DNA of 59,818 bases from Candidatus Aenigmatarchaeota archaeon (GCA_016180925.1 JACPAH010000002.1:1-59818), one strand, 5' to 3'; shown: positions 8,795-18,000, numbered from the stretch's first letter. Notes: generated by a model from the letters alone, not told the origin. Made by a program: numbers and translations.

Positions 8795-9009
8795 AAGCCG
8801 AGTTCCTTCTTTATTTGTTCAAGGGATTTTGTTTTACCTTCTTTGGCCTGTTTTTCTGAATCTAGTATGTTTCTTTTTGTCTCTTCGGAAAGCTCCATAG
8901 AATCCTCTATCAAGTCCCATATCACCTCTTCATAGCTTTCGTTTTCGTATAGCTTTCTTTTCTTCAGGCTCTGCTGAAGATTTTCACTTATTTGTATAGA
9001 CGTTACCAT
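8791..9009 (-). CDS. putative antitoxin of the RelE-family toxin
   Basis: small acidic protein overlapping the toxin start; paralogous to 24334..24510 (..SYEEVIWDLI.. versus ..TYDDIIRNMM..). Confidence 0.6.
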   Translation of the reverse strand: MVTSIQISENLQQSLKKRKLYENESYEEVIWDLIEDSMELSEETKRNILDSEKQAKEGKTKSLEQIKKELGL

Positions 9010-9034
9010 AGTATTCTATAGATAGCTATAGTAT

Positions 9035-9439
9035 TTAAAGCCGACGCCTGAAGAACCTGACTTCGTTCCCGTATATTGACGGCACGCTTCCCAAATCATG
9101 TTCATAGACGTGGCCGAAGCCCCACTTCAGCCTCACTCTCCCGTCGCCGACATAAATCCCGACATTCTGCCCGGTCGCCATGTTCACATATATCACTACA
9201 TCGCCTTCCTCGGGCTCGGCGGCCTCTTCATGCCCTTCAAGCCCTTTCACCGGTCCGTACCTTTCCCAGAATTCCGCTTCAAAGAAGTACCTGTCGCCGA
9301 AAAAGCAGTTTCTCGCGTCCGCCTCCACATCCCTTTTTTCATACAGCATAACGCCCGGCAAATCCCCTATCCTGTCGAATTCTCCGCCGTGAAACAGCCT
9401 GTCTATATCCCTTCGGGTGGGAGTGGATGGGATTTGCAT
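9035..9439 (-). CDS. hypothetical protein; GDVVIY...VGIYVGDG resembles the C-terminal part of NlpC/P60-type domains
   Basis: ORF 9035..9484; start moved to the ATG at 9439, which lies 22 nt from the palindromic TATA box at 9461-9468. Confidence 0.5.
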   Translation of the reverse strand: MQIPSTPTRRDIDRLFHGGEFDRIGDLPGVMLYEKRDVEADARNCFFGDRYFFEAEFWERYGPVKGLEGHEEAAEPEEGDVVIYVNMATGQNVGIYVGDGRVRLKWGFGHVYEHDLGSVPSIYGNEVRFFRRRL

Positions 9440-9460
9440 GGATAAATGAGAGCGCCAACT

Positions 9461-9468
9461 TTTATAAA
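9461..9468. promoter_or_regulatory. palindromic TATA box TTTATAAA shared by divergent genes
   Basis: equidistant (22 nt) from the ATG at 9439 (-) and the ATG at 9490 (+). Confidence 0.45.
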
Positions 9469-9489
9469 CTGTTCTATGATTCATTAGAT

Positions 9490-10245
9490 ATGCACGGAAT
9501 GGACTCCCACTGCCACCTGGAGAAGATGCCGGACGGAACGGCGGAAGAGGCGAAGAAGCACATCAACGGCATCGTCACGATATGCGCCGACATAGAGGAT
9601 GCGAAGAAAACGCTCGGCTTGATAGACGGCAAGTTCGTCTTCGGAGCCCTTGGCCTGCATCCGGAAAGCGCGGATAAATATCCGCCGAAGGCGCTCGACG
9701 ACTACATACAGTTCATATTTTCCAGCAGGAAAAAACTCTCTGCGATAGGCGAGGTCGGCGTCGACTACATATGGCATAAGAAGAAGGAGGAGCAGGAAAA
9801 TGACGAGGAAATATTCCGACAGTTCATAGAATTGTCAAAAGAGCTGAAGCTGCCACTTGTCGTGCACAGCAGGGGTGACAATGCAGTCCATGACGTGATA
9901 AGAATTCTGACAGGAGAGGACTGCAGAGGCTCTATATTACATTTCTTCTCGGGCACCGAGCAGGAACTGAAAGACGCCTTGGAGCTTGGTTATTGGATAG
10001 CCTACAACACAGTGATATGCAAGAGCAAGAAATATGAAATGCTGATACAGAAAACGCCTATTGGAAGCGTGCTTCTTGAGACGGACGCGCCGTGGTGCAG
10101 TCCGTTCCCTGACGAAAAAGGGCAGGAGAATGTCCCGTGGAACATCCACGAGAGCGCGAAGAAGATTGGCGGGATACTTGGGATGCCGAAGGAAGACGTC
10201 CTGAAAAAGACAGAGGAGAACGCGAGAAAGGCTTACAGAATATAG
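9490..10245 (+). CDS. tatD: TatD-family metal-dependent hydrolase/DNase
   Basis: MDSHCHL at the N-terminus, IGEVGVDY, PLVVHSR, ETDAPW motifs. Confidence 0.85.
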   Translation: MHGMDSHCHLEKMPDGTAEEAKKHINGIVTICADIEDAKKTLGLIDGKFVFGALGLHPESADKYPPKALDDYIQFIFSSRKKLSAIGEVGVDYIWHKKKEEQENDEEIFRQFIELSKELKLPLVVHSRGDNAVHDVIRILTGEDCRGSILHFFSGTEQELKDALELGYWIAYNTVICKSKKYEMLIQKTPIGSVLLETDAPWCSPFPDEKGQENVPWNIHESAKKIGGILGMPKEDVLKKTEENARKAYRI

Positions 10246-10275
10246 CATTTTAACCATAGCTGCACATTTCTTATA

Positions 10276-10719
10276 ATGAAGTACCACAGGCAGGAAACGA
10301 AGGACACATGCGGCCCCGCGTGCATGAGGATGGTGCTGGGACTTCTTGGAATAAAAAAACCCGAGAAAAGTCTGGCGAGGCTCCTGAAAACGGACAACGT
10401 ACATGGAACGCTTAACAAGAACTTCCCTCTCGTTGCAAAAAAATACAAATTGCGCTACAAGTCTGCCGGCGAGGCTTCAGTAAAGGAACTGAGAAATCTC
10501 ATAAAACAGGGATACGTGGTCATAGTCTGCTATTTCATCAGAAAGGAGAGGGAATACCACTACGCTGTCGTGAGGAAGATAGGAGCAAGGCATATACATC
10601 TTTACGATCCGTGGTTCGGACCAGGGCATTCGTATACCACACGGCATTTCACGAAAATATGGAAGGGCAACCGCAGCCTGAAGGAGGCCGACAGGTGGCT
10701 CTTTGCGGTGAAGAAATGA
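10276..10719 (+). CDS. stand-alone peptidase C39-like (papain-fold) cysteine protease domain
   Basis: Q..TKDTCGPACMRMVL catalytic-Cys context and a downstream YHYAVV His; no ABC transporter domain. Confidence 0.6.
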   Translation: MKYHRQETKDTCGPACMRMVLGLLGIKKPEKSLARLLKTDNVHGTLNKNFPLVAKKYKLRYKSAGEASVKELRNLIKQGYVVIVCYFIRKEREYHYAVVRKIGARHIHLYDPWFGPGHSYTTRHFTKIWKGNRSLKEADRWLFAVKK

Positions 10720-10728
10720 ACAGGATGC

Positions 10729-11274
10729 CTAGCCCCTTATGGACTGCCCGAATCTTTTCTGGTATCCCCAGTAAGGCAGCTTGAATTTGTTCGGGAGACT
10801 ATTGACGTGTTTTGTCCTGAACGTCAAGAACTGCCATTTATGCTGCTGGAAGCACCCAATGCAGCCGACATCCCATATTGGCGGCACTAGCAATGTGACA
10901 TTCCTTGACACCCTTCTTAGTTCTTCATAAAATTTATCAGGATCTTCTGTATGCTCCATTGTGTGAGAGCATATGACGTTTTCAAATTCCTTGTCCTTGA
11001 ACAGCAGTTTGTATATATCCTTGAGCAGAACAAAATTCGGCACGTTTCTTCCGACTATGTCAGCATTGATGCGGCCGCCATCTGTGTTGCCGCAGCAAAT
11101 ATTAAGGCCCCATTTGCGCTTCCTACAATAGTATCTCTTCAAAATCCTGTAGTCAATGATATTTGCTATCGCAACGTATACGAGAAGCGGCAGGTACAGA
11201 ATTCCAATGATTATTATGACAACTGACTCTTGCAAACCAGGAACATAATCTCTGGGCTTCATTAAACTTATCAC
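10729..11274 (-). CDS. class I SAM-dependent methyltransferase with an N-terminal TM helix
   Basis: LNICCGN glycine-rich motif, DI....NV, ICSHTMEHTEDP typical of Methyltransf_11-like enzymes. Confidence 0.6.
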   Translation of the reverse strand: MISLMKPRDYVPGLQESVVIIIIGILYLPLLVYVAIANIIDYRILKRYYCRKRKWGLNICCGNTDGGRINADIVGRNVPNFVLLKDIYKLLFKDKEFENVICSHTMEHTEDPDKFYEELRRVSRNVTLLVPPIWDVGCIGCFQQHKWQFLTFRTKHVNSLPNKFKLPYWGYQKRFGQSIRG

Positions 11275-11277
11275 TCA

Positions 11278-12474
11278 TCAGATATTATACCTCAACAACG
11301 CGCCGACGCCGCCCAGATATAAGAACTGCTGGCCCTCACGGGTGTCGGATGACACGGTTTCGAGCCTGGTGCCGAATCCCTTCACCTTTTCCTCGAAGGA
11401 CTCTATAACCTCGCGCTCGCCCAGCACCTTCATCGTCTGCTGGCACTGCTCGCACTTCTGCGCCTTCCTGTCGGAGAAGACGAACTTCTTCTGGAGGCCG
11501 TGCTGGGAGCATTCGTATTCAACTTCCTTCATGTCGAGGCCCTCGCTTACAATGACGGTATCGACGGCCCCCATCTCCAATGCGTTTATGACTTCCCTCA
11601 CACCGTAGGCGACGAGGCCGTGCGGCTTGTGCAGCTCGTCAAAGAACCTCTGGAGAAGCTTCTTCTCCTTTATTACAGAGCTTTCCTTCAGGAGGTCCCC
11701 GCTTTTCTCCACCGTTTCATGGAGGCCGAATTCGCCCGTATAGCTGGTGTCGACAGTCCCGATGACGCGTTGGCTCACTTCGGCATGCATGTAATTGTCA
11801 CGGATGAAAAATTCTTTCACCGGCCCGGAGCCTGATATTATTATGCCTATGACTTCCTTGTGCTCCCCGAAGAGCTTGTTCGCAGCCTCGGCCACCTTCT
11901 TGAGCCAGTCCTGGAGCATGCCCTCGCGGACGCGGGCGAAACGAAGACTGCTCTGTCCTCCAGCACGACTTTTCCCCGGCACTATGGAATCGAAATGGAC
12001 CATCGGCAGGATTTTCTTCCCGCTGAGTATTGCTATGTCGGCCTCGCTCTTGTCGAGGCATATTATGCCGTAGACCTCCTTCTCCTTTATCATCTCCTCG
12101 AGCGGCTCAAGGACGAACTTCTGGTCGCACCAGTAAAGTTTTGTCTTTATGGGCTCGGGCGGCTCAACGGGAAAAAGCTGTATGTCGGCGGCGCCTTCCT
12201 TCTCCGACACGTTGCCGCAGAAAAGCGCCAGGCCGTGCTCAGGCGTCTTCTTGTACAGCTGAATGTGCCTTATTATCTTCTCAAGCGACGAAACGACATT
12301 TTTGCGGACGGGTTTCGACTTGATGTTCTCGGCCGTGCCCTGCTCGCTCTTCAGCTGGGTGCTTACCTCATGGAGGCTGTAGCCGGCCGGCACATACACC
12401 GTGACGAGCTCGGTATGCCTGCCCCTGATGCTTCCAAGCTGCTTAACGAGTTTTTTCAGCGCGATTTCGCTCAT
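11278..12474 (-). CDS. prf1: peptide chain release factor aRF1
   Basis: NIKS motif (TAENIKSK) and GGQ motif (RAGGQS). Confidence 0.92.
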   Translation of the reverse strand: MSEIALKKLVKQLGSIRGRHTELVTVYVPAGYSLHEVSTQLKSEQGTAENIKSKPVRKNVVSSLEKIIRHIQLYKKTPEHGLALFCGNVSEKEGAADIQLFPVEPPEPIKTKLYWCDQKFVLEPLEEMIKEKEVYGIICLDKSEADIAILSGKKILPMVHFDSIVPGKSRAGGQSSLRFARVREGMLQDWLKKVAEAANKLFGEHKEVIGIIISGSGPVKEFFIRDNYMHAEVSQRVIGTVDTSYTGEFGLHETVEKSGDLLKESSVIKEKKLLQRFFDELHKPHGLVAYGVREVINALEMGAVDTVIVSEGLDMKEVEYECSQHGLQKKFVFSDRKAQKCEQCQQTMKVLGEREVIESFEEKVKGFGTRLETVSSDTREGQQFLYLGGVGALLRYNI

Positions 12475-12559
12475 TTCAACACCTATTCAAGTCCAAGAAC
12501 CAGATTGTCACAACTTTAGGGACATTAATGAATAATTGGAAAGGAGCGAATTTAAAGCT

Positions 12560-13081
12560 CTATACCGAAATTCTTTCGAGAATTTTTCTAATCAAACCAG
12601 CCTTACCCCACGCGAAATCATCCGGAACGCTGTCTTTGCCGAATGTTACGACTTCGCTGACAGGGCTCCCGCGGTTTCCGGGTTCCGGAATCTTATCGAC
12701 TTCAGCAATAATAAAAGGGATGACAGACCACTGTCTTATCTTCTTCCCGCCAGACTCTTCCATGAGAACCGTTCTCAAATCCACTACCTTATAGTCCGTG
12801 ACATTTACCTCTGACTGCTCCTTGACGATTCTTTTTACGCACTGCTCCACGGATTCGCCGTATCTGATAAGGTTATGACAAAGAAAAAGAAGACCTTCCG
12901 GATGATCTTTTATTTCAGGCGGGTTCTCATGGCCCGGGATGTTTTTCCTTCTTAATGCGATATATTTGTTCCCTTTCTTCAGCAGAATGTCAAAGGTGAT
13001 GTGCGTTCCGCCGTCCGTTTCCTTGTTCACAGGACGCCCGAAATTTGCTTCACTGTCTTGCCATCTGTATTCAAATCCCAT
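12560..13081 (-). CDS. hypothetical protein, weak Nudix-like box (YGESVEQCVKRIVKEQSEV)
   Basis: ORF track; the degenerate Nudix signature is the only hint, so the product name is uncertain. Confidence 0.45.
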   Translation of the reverse strand: MGFEYRWQDSEANFGRPVNKETDGGTHITFDILLKKGNKYIALRRKNIPGHENPPEIKDHPEGLLFLCHNLIRYGESVEQCVKRIVKEQSEVNVTDYKVVDLRTVLMEESGGKKIRQWSVIPFIIAEVDKIPEPGNRGSPVSEVVTFGKDSVPDDFAWGKAGLIRKILERISV

Positions 13082-13087
13082 TATGCT

Positions 13088-15460
13088 TCACAGCTCCACC
13101 TTCAACTCGCCGTAATCCGGCCTTTCCACGCCATGCGTGTACACTATGTCCTTCTCCACGCCCTTCAGGTTCTCTGGCATGACGAGCCTGCTAACCTTGG
13201 CTTTCAGCGAAAGTCCCGCATCTTTCTTCGCCTTCCACACGGCGCTGTTCAGCTCTTCCACGTCCTTGGATGAGAACGGCACTTCATACAGCACATTCGG
13301 CTCCGGGAACTTCTCTTTGTGGATGTCGTCACCCCTCATTTTCAGATAAAGCTCGTATGTGACGAAAGGCACTATCGGGGCAAGGAGCTTCAGGAGCACG
13401 TCGACGCAGTAGTGTAATGTATAGAGCGCCGATTCCTGCTGCTTCCTGGTGAAGGCCCCGGCCTGGTTGTATGCCCGGTTCTTCACGAGCTCAATATAAT
13501 GCGAGGCGAAGGTCTCCCACAGGAAATGCTTCAGCCTCGTTGCAGGCTCATGAAAATCGTATATTTCGTACCTCTGCCGGCAGAAATCGGCCAGCAGGTT
13601 GAGCTCGTTCAGTATCCACTTGTCGAGCTCCTCAAGATGCGATGCCGTCTCTGTCCTCTCGAACATCGACACGAAGCGGCATACATTCCACAGCTTCGTT
13701 ATCGTCTTCGAAGCGCCCTCTATGCGCTCGAACGAGCATTTCAGGTCCCCTTCGGAAATATTTCCTTCCGTGGCGCACCACAGCCTGAACGGCTCGGCGC
13801 CGTATTTTTCCAGGATTTTGTGAGGGTCTATTACGTTGCCGACGCTCTTTGACATCTTCTTTCCGGCCTCGTCGACTATGTGGTGATGTATCCAGACATC
13901 GTCAAATATTATCCTGTCCGTCAGCACGTAAGACTTCAGAAGCGTGTAGTAAAGCCATGTCCGCACTATCTCCTTCCCCTGCGGCCTCAAAGTGCACGAA
14001 TGCTGCCTGTTGAAGAACTCCCTGTCCGAATGCCATTTTAGTATGTAGAGCGGCGACGAAGAGGAGTCGAACCACGTGTCGAAGACCCGCTCCTCGCCCC
14101 TAAAGTCAGCGGAACCGCACTCGGGGCACCTGCCGACCGGGCATTTTTCCTTCCATGGCGTGTAGTACCTGCCTTTCTCCGGCACGAGCACGTGGCCGTT
14201 GCTGCAGTACCACAGCGGAATCTCGGTCGCATAGTAGCGCCTTCTGGAAATCGGCCAGTCTATGCTCACGCTGTCGAGCCAGTCAAGGAGGATTTGCCTG
14301 CTCTTTGGCGAATAGAAGCTTATGGCGTCCGAAGCGCTCCTCAAGGTTTCCTTCAGTTCGGTCTGCTTCATGTAGAATTCCTTCATCTCTATGAACTCGA
14401 CCGGATGCTTTGAGCGCTCGCATATCGGCGTCCTGTGGACGACTTCTTTGCTGGAGGCGAGAAGCCCGTTCTTTTTCAATTCTTCAATCATCTTTGTCCT
14501 TGCCTCTTCCACTTTCAAGCTCCGGAGGAATCCGGCGTTGTCGTTCATCCTTCCGTCGGTTCCTATGCTTATCACGGGCTCAAGATGCATCTCCCTGAAG
14601 AACCTTATGTCCGTCTGGTCGCCTGCCGAGCACATCATGGCAAGGCCCGTGCCCTTCCCCATGTCAGCGAAAGGATGGGCCTTGAGCGGGACTTCCTTCC
14701 CGAACAGCGGCGTAATTGCGGTCTTTCCGTCGAGTTCCGCATACCTTTTGTCCTCCGGGTTGAATATCACCATGCCGCATGAAGGGATGAGTTCGGGCCG
14801 TGTCGTCCCTATCACGATATTCTCGCCGGTTTCCTTGACCCTGAACTTGACTTCGTTGAACAGGGTATTCATGTCCTTGTAATCGATTTCGGCATCCGCT
14901 ATGCTCGTCCTGCAGCCGGGGCAGTAGTTGTTGATTCGCGTGTCCTCGTAGATGTATCCCATGTGCCACAGCTCTATGAACGTCTCCTGCGTCATGGCCC
15001 TGTACTCATACGAATCCGTGAAATAAACGCTTCCCGGCTTTTCGCCGGGTTCCCATGAGTTGAAGCTTATGCCAAGGCGCAGGAAGGAATCCATGCTTTC
15101 AGTGCTGCTTTCCTCCAGGACCTGCCTGCACATCCTGACGAACTCCTCCCTTGGGACGTCTGACATGCGCTTGCTGAACTTCTTCTCCGCCGCCATCTCT
15201 ATAGGAAGCCCGTTCCTGTCGAGCCCCAGAGGGAACAGGACGTTGTATCCCGTCATCCTCCGGAAGCGGGCGAACATGTCCATGAGCGTGTACGTCGCGG
15301 CATGGCCTATGTGAACAGGAGTGTTGACGTAAGGGGGCGGCGTGTCTATGCTGAACGTCGGTTTCGGGGATTTTGCATCAAAACCGTATTCGCCCGAGAG
15401 CTTCCATTTCTGGCGGATTTCCTTCTCCATCTCCTTGTCCCATCTTGATGGCATGTCCAT
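13088..15460 (-). CDS. valS: class I aminoacyl-tRNA synthetase, most likely valyl-tRNA synthetase (compact, 790 aa)
   Basis: FSIDTPPPYVN..HIGH, YNVLFPLG.D..GLP, DWPISRRR and KMSKS motifs; the FxIDTPPP pattern favours ValRS over Ile/LeuRS. Confidence 0.75.
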   Translation of the reverse strand: MDMPSRWDKEMEKEIRQKWKLSGEYGFDAKSPKPTFSIDTPPPYVNTPVHIGHAATYTLMDMFARFRRMTGYNVLFPLGLDRNGLPIEMAAEKKFSKRMSDVPREEFVRMCRQVLEESSTESMDSFLRLGISFNSWEPGEKPGSVYFTDSYEYRAMTQETFIELWHMGYIYEDTRINNYCPGCRTSIADAEIDYKDMNTLFNEVKFRVKETGENIVIGTTRPELIPSCGMVIFNPEDKRYAELDGKTAITPLFGKEVPLKAHPFADMGKGTGLAMMCSAGDQTDIRFFREMHLEPVISIGTDGRMNDNAGFLRSLKVEEARTKMIEELKKNGLLASSKEVVHRTPICERSKHPVEFIEMKEFYMKQTELKETLRSASDAISFYSPKSRQILLDWLDSVSIDWPISRRRYYATEIPLWYCSNGHVLVPEKGRYYTPWKEKCPVGRCPECGSADFRGEERVFDTWFDSSSSPLYILKWHSDREFFNRQHSCTLRPQGKEIVRTWLYYTLLKSYVLTDRIIFDDVWIHHHIVDEAGKKMSKSVGNVIDPHKILEKYGAEPFRLWCATEGNISEGDLKCSFERIEGASKTITKLWNVCRFVSMFERTETASHLEELDKWILNELNLLADFCRQRYEIYDFHEPATRLKHFLWETFASHYIELVKNRAYNQAGAFTRKQQESALYTLHYCVDVLLKLLAPIVPFVTYELYLKMRGDDIHKEKFPEPNVLYEVPFSSKDVEELNSAVWKAKKDAGLSLKAKVSRLVMPENLKGVEKDIVYTHGVERPDYGELKVEL

Positions 15461-15496
15461 GAATATAACAATGGATTTCAGGTTTTAATAATTATA

Positions 15497-15640
15497 GTGA
15501 AACCAGAAAAGAATCCGAACATGAATTCTGGTTTCACATATCTGCAGAAAGCATAGCTTTCTGACATCTCAAAAGACTCTGTCTTTTGCAGATAGTGCAC
15601 AAGGAAAATAATATCTTATTTCTTTCCTTGTAGCACTATA
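15497..15640. repeat. composite hairpin repeat, copy B: GTGAAACCAGAA..TTCTGGTTTCAC, CAGAAAGC-ata-GCTTTCTG, ACATCT, CAAAAGAC-tct-GTCTTTTG, CAGAT, GTGCACAAGGAAA..TTTCCTTGTAGCAC
   Basis: near-identical by eye to 58268-58415 over about 145 nt; differences inside the stems are largely compensated. Confidence 0.75.
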
Positions 15641-15687
15641 GATGCGACACGACAGTAAAACCCGAACGACATAAATCTTGAAGTCTA

Positions 15688-16515
15688 TTATAGGTCGTCC
15701 TGAGTGGCATTCCCTGAAAGAATCTTGTCGATGTCGACCTGCATGAAGTCGTCGGCGTGTATCACCTGGACGCCTGTGGCATCCTTCATTATCTTCTCCT
15801 GCTTCCACAGGTTCGCCCTGAGCATCCACAGGGAGAAATGCTGCAGTATGACGAGCTTCGGCTTCTTCTTCATGCCCCGTATGAATTTTATGGCCTCGTC
15901 GACGCTCATGTGCTTTTTCTCCTCGGGCTCCACTCCTTTCGGCACCAGAACGTTCATTATGAGGATATTGCAGCCCTCGTACCGGCTTTCCTGGCCCGGA
16001 TAATGCCTTCCGTCCGACGTGCAGCCTATCCTGAATTTGTCGGTTGAAATTATGAAGCCCACCGTGGGCCCGTAGTGCTCTGACTTCACAGCCTCGAACC
16101 TTATGCCTTTCATCTTCACGACGCCCCTGTCCCTGACCGCATGGAGCTTCCCGACTCTTTTCCTCTGGTAGGGGCTTACGCACGGATAATAATCGTAATC
16201 TTTCTCCCCGAGCTCTGCCTTGTCCATGACGCAGTGTTCCTCGGCTATCAGAAAAGGCTTTTCAAGGCCGTCAAGCCACACGTTCGCGTCGGTGGAATGG
16301 TCTATGTGGTGGTGCGACAGGACGACGCCCTCCACGCCCTCCGCCTTTAGCTTCGCGCTCCTTGCGTTCACCAGAGAACCTGGCCCGGGGTCCATGACGA
16401 ATTTGAGGCCGTTCTTATCATCACCGAGCTCGAAGTACATGCCGCCGGTCTTCCGGAGCTGGGAGAACATCATGTGGCGGCCGCCTCCTGTCCCGAGAAA
16501 AACAATCCTGTTCAT
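15688..16515 (-). CDS. metallo-beta-lactamase-fold hydrolase
   Basis: LSHHHIDH motif plus downstream His/Asp ligands. Confidence 0.8.
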   Translation of the reverse strand: MNRIVFLGTGGGRHMMFSQLRKTGGMYFELGDDKNGLKFVMDPGPGSLVNARSAKLKAEGVEGVVLSHHHIDHSTDANVWLDGLEKPFLIAEEHCVMDKAELGEKDYDYYPCVSPYQRKRVGKLHAVRDRGVVKMKGIRFEAVKSEHYGPTVGFIISTDKFRIGCTSDGRHYPGQESRYEGCNILIMNVLVPKGVEPEEKKHMSVDEAIKFIRGMKKKPKLVILQHFSLWMLRANLWKQEKIMKDATGVQVIHADDFMQVDIDKILSGNATQDDL

Positions 16516-16536
16516 TTAATCACTCACTCATGAATA

Positions 16537-17718
16537 TCATTTCCTTAACCATAAAAGGCTTTCCCTCAATGTGCCCACCTTCTCGCTCCTGTTCTCCAGC
16601 GCGAACCTCTTGTTGAGCACGATTATCTTTTCCAGGGAAAACCCGAGCTGCTCCGCCATATACGCAAGGACGACGTCGCTGTCCACGACTCCACTCACGT
16701 CTGTGGAGAACGTGCGTTCTCCAAGATCTCCGGGAAGCCTCCGGCTACCCGGCAGATAGCCGTTGCCGACGACAAGCGCGACATTGGCGCCGGGGACGCA
16801 GACGCGATACAGTTCGCCAAGGACCTTTTCCATGTCCTTGAAATACGATACCGCGGCTTGGGGCAGCCCCAGGAACCCATCCTCCGATATCCTTGAGCCG
16901 ATATAAGAGCGCATTGGAGGCAGTCCCTTCGGGCGTATGAAGAACTCCTCTATCGCATAAACTTTCGTGTAGTCTATGTTGTTCAGGTAGGGGGGAGATG
17001 TTATGATGGAACCCACACTTTCGTCCTCCAGCTCGAGCCTCCTTGCGTCGCACAGTGCGACGCCAGTCCTGCAGTCCCTGAAGCTGAGCCTCTTCACGTC
17101 CTTCGCCATCTTCTTCACGACGTTCCTGAACATTATCCTCAGCGGGGCCGCCTGGCGCTTCCTTATCTTCAGCGAGCCGCCGTCTTTCCTGGCATAGCTG
17201 CACCTGATGGAGGCGTTTATCAGGGCGAGGATGAAGAAGTCCCTGTACTTCTCGTCTTCTATTTTCATTATGTCCCTCATGAGAAATGCGATGTCCTCGA
17301 GGGCGAATTTGCTGAAAGCCCGCTTCATAAGCGGCGGATATTCGGAAGGCAGCTTTTCGAACTTCCTCCTGAACCCGGAATATATCTCCCTTACCGTTGC
17401 CGTGTCGTAGTCCTTCGCCTTGACCGAGGACGCAAAAATCGAGACAGGCAGCACGTCAAGGCCCACGGAGTCTATCCCAAGCTCCCTGCATGCAAGGAGA
17501 GTCGTGCCGGAACCACAGAACGGGTCAAGGACAGGCAGCGAGACGTCATGCTGAAACATGTCCAGTATCTTGAGCACGAGTTCCCTCGAGAAGCCTTCCT
17601 TGTAGTAGAACCAGTTGTATACCGGCGTCTTCTTGTTGGGCACGAACGTCGCAAGCTCCGCCCATTCCAGCTTTTCCTCTATCTTTCCTATAATACTATG
17701 CGCATATTCCTTGAACAT
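16537..17718 (-). CDS. SAM-dependent N6-adenine/N4-cytosine-type methyltransferase (DNA methylase-like), no adjacent endonuclease recognised
   Basis: DPFCGSGTT (motif I) near the N-terminus and TSPPY (motif IV) about 175 aa later. Confidence 0.7.
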   Translation of the reverse strand: MFKEYAHSIIGKIEEKLEWAELATFVPNKKTPVYNWFYYKEGFSRELVLKILDMFQHDVSLPVLDPFCGSGTTLLACRELGIDSVGLDVLPVSIFASSVKAKDYDTATVREIYSGFRRKFEKLPSEYPPLMKRAFSKFALEDIAFLMRDIMKIEDEKYRDFFILALINASIRCSYARKDGGSLKIRKRQAAPLRIMFRNVVKKMAKDVKRLSFRDCRTGVALCDARRLELEDESVGSIITSPPYLNNIDYTKVYAIEEFFIRPKGLPPMRSYIGSRISEDGFLGLPQAAVSYFKDMEKVLGELYRVCVPGANVALVVGNGYLPGSRRLPGDLGERTFSTDVSGVVDSDVVLAYMAEQLGFSLEKIIVLNKRFALENRSEKVGTLRESLLWLRK

Positions 17719-17777
17719 AATCAGATTCTGCCGAAACAGTTAAAAGATGAGAGCCCCTTATAAGCCTTTTTTCAACT

Positions 17778-17975
17778 GTGAATAGCAGAGAAAGATACCC
17801 TGAATTCTACAGAAGGCTTGACAGAAACCATGACGGCTCGGTGAGCCAGCACGAAATCGCGGAATACCAAAAAACATTCAGTGACGCAACCGGAAAATAT
17901 CCCGAGGGCGACATGGATTCAGTTGTGAGGGAGTTCCTGAGAAGGACGGAAGACAAATTCGGCCCTTTCAGGTAA
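17778..17975 (+). CDS. 65-aa protein with one canonical EF-hand loop
   Basis: DRNHDGSVSQHE fits D-x-N-x-D-G-x-V-x-x-x-E; GTG start. Confidence 0.55.
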   Translation: MNSRERYPEFYRRLDRNHDGSVSQHEIAEYQKTFSDATGKYPEGDMDSVVREFLRRTEDKFGPFR

Positions 17976-18000
17976 AGGCGATAACTTACTTGCAGCCAAT

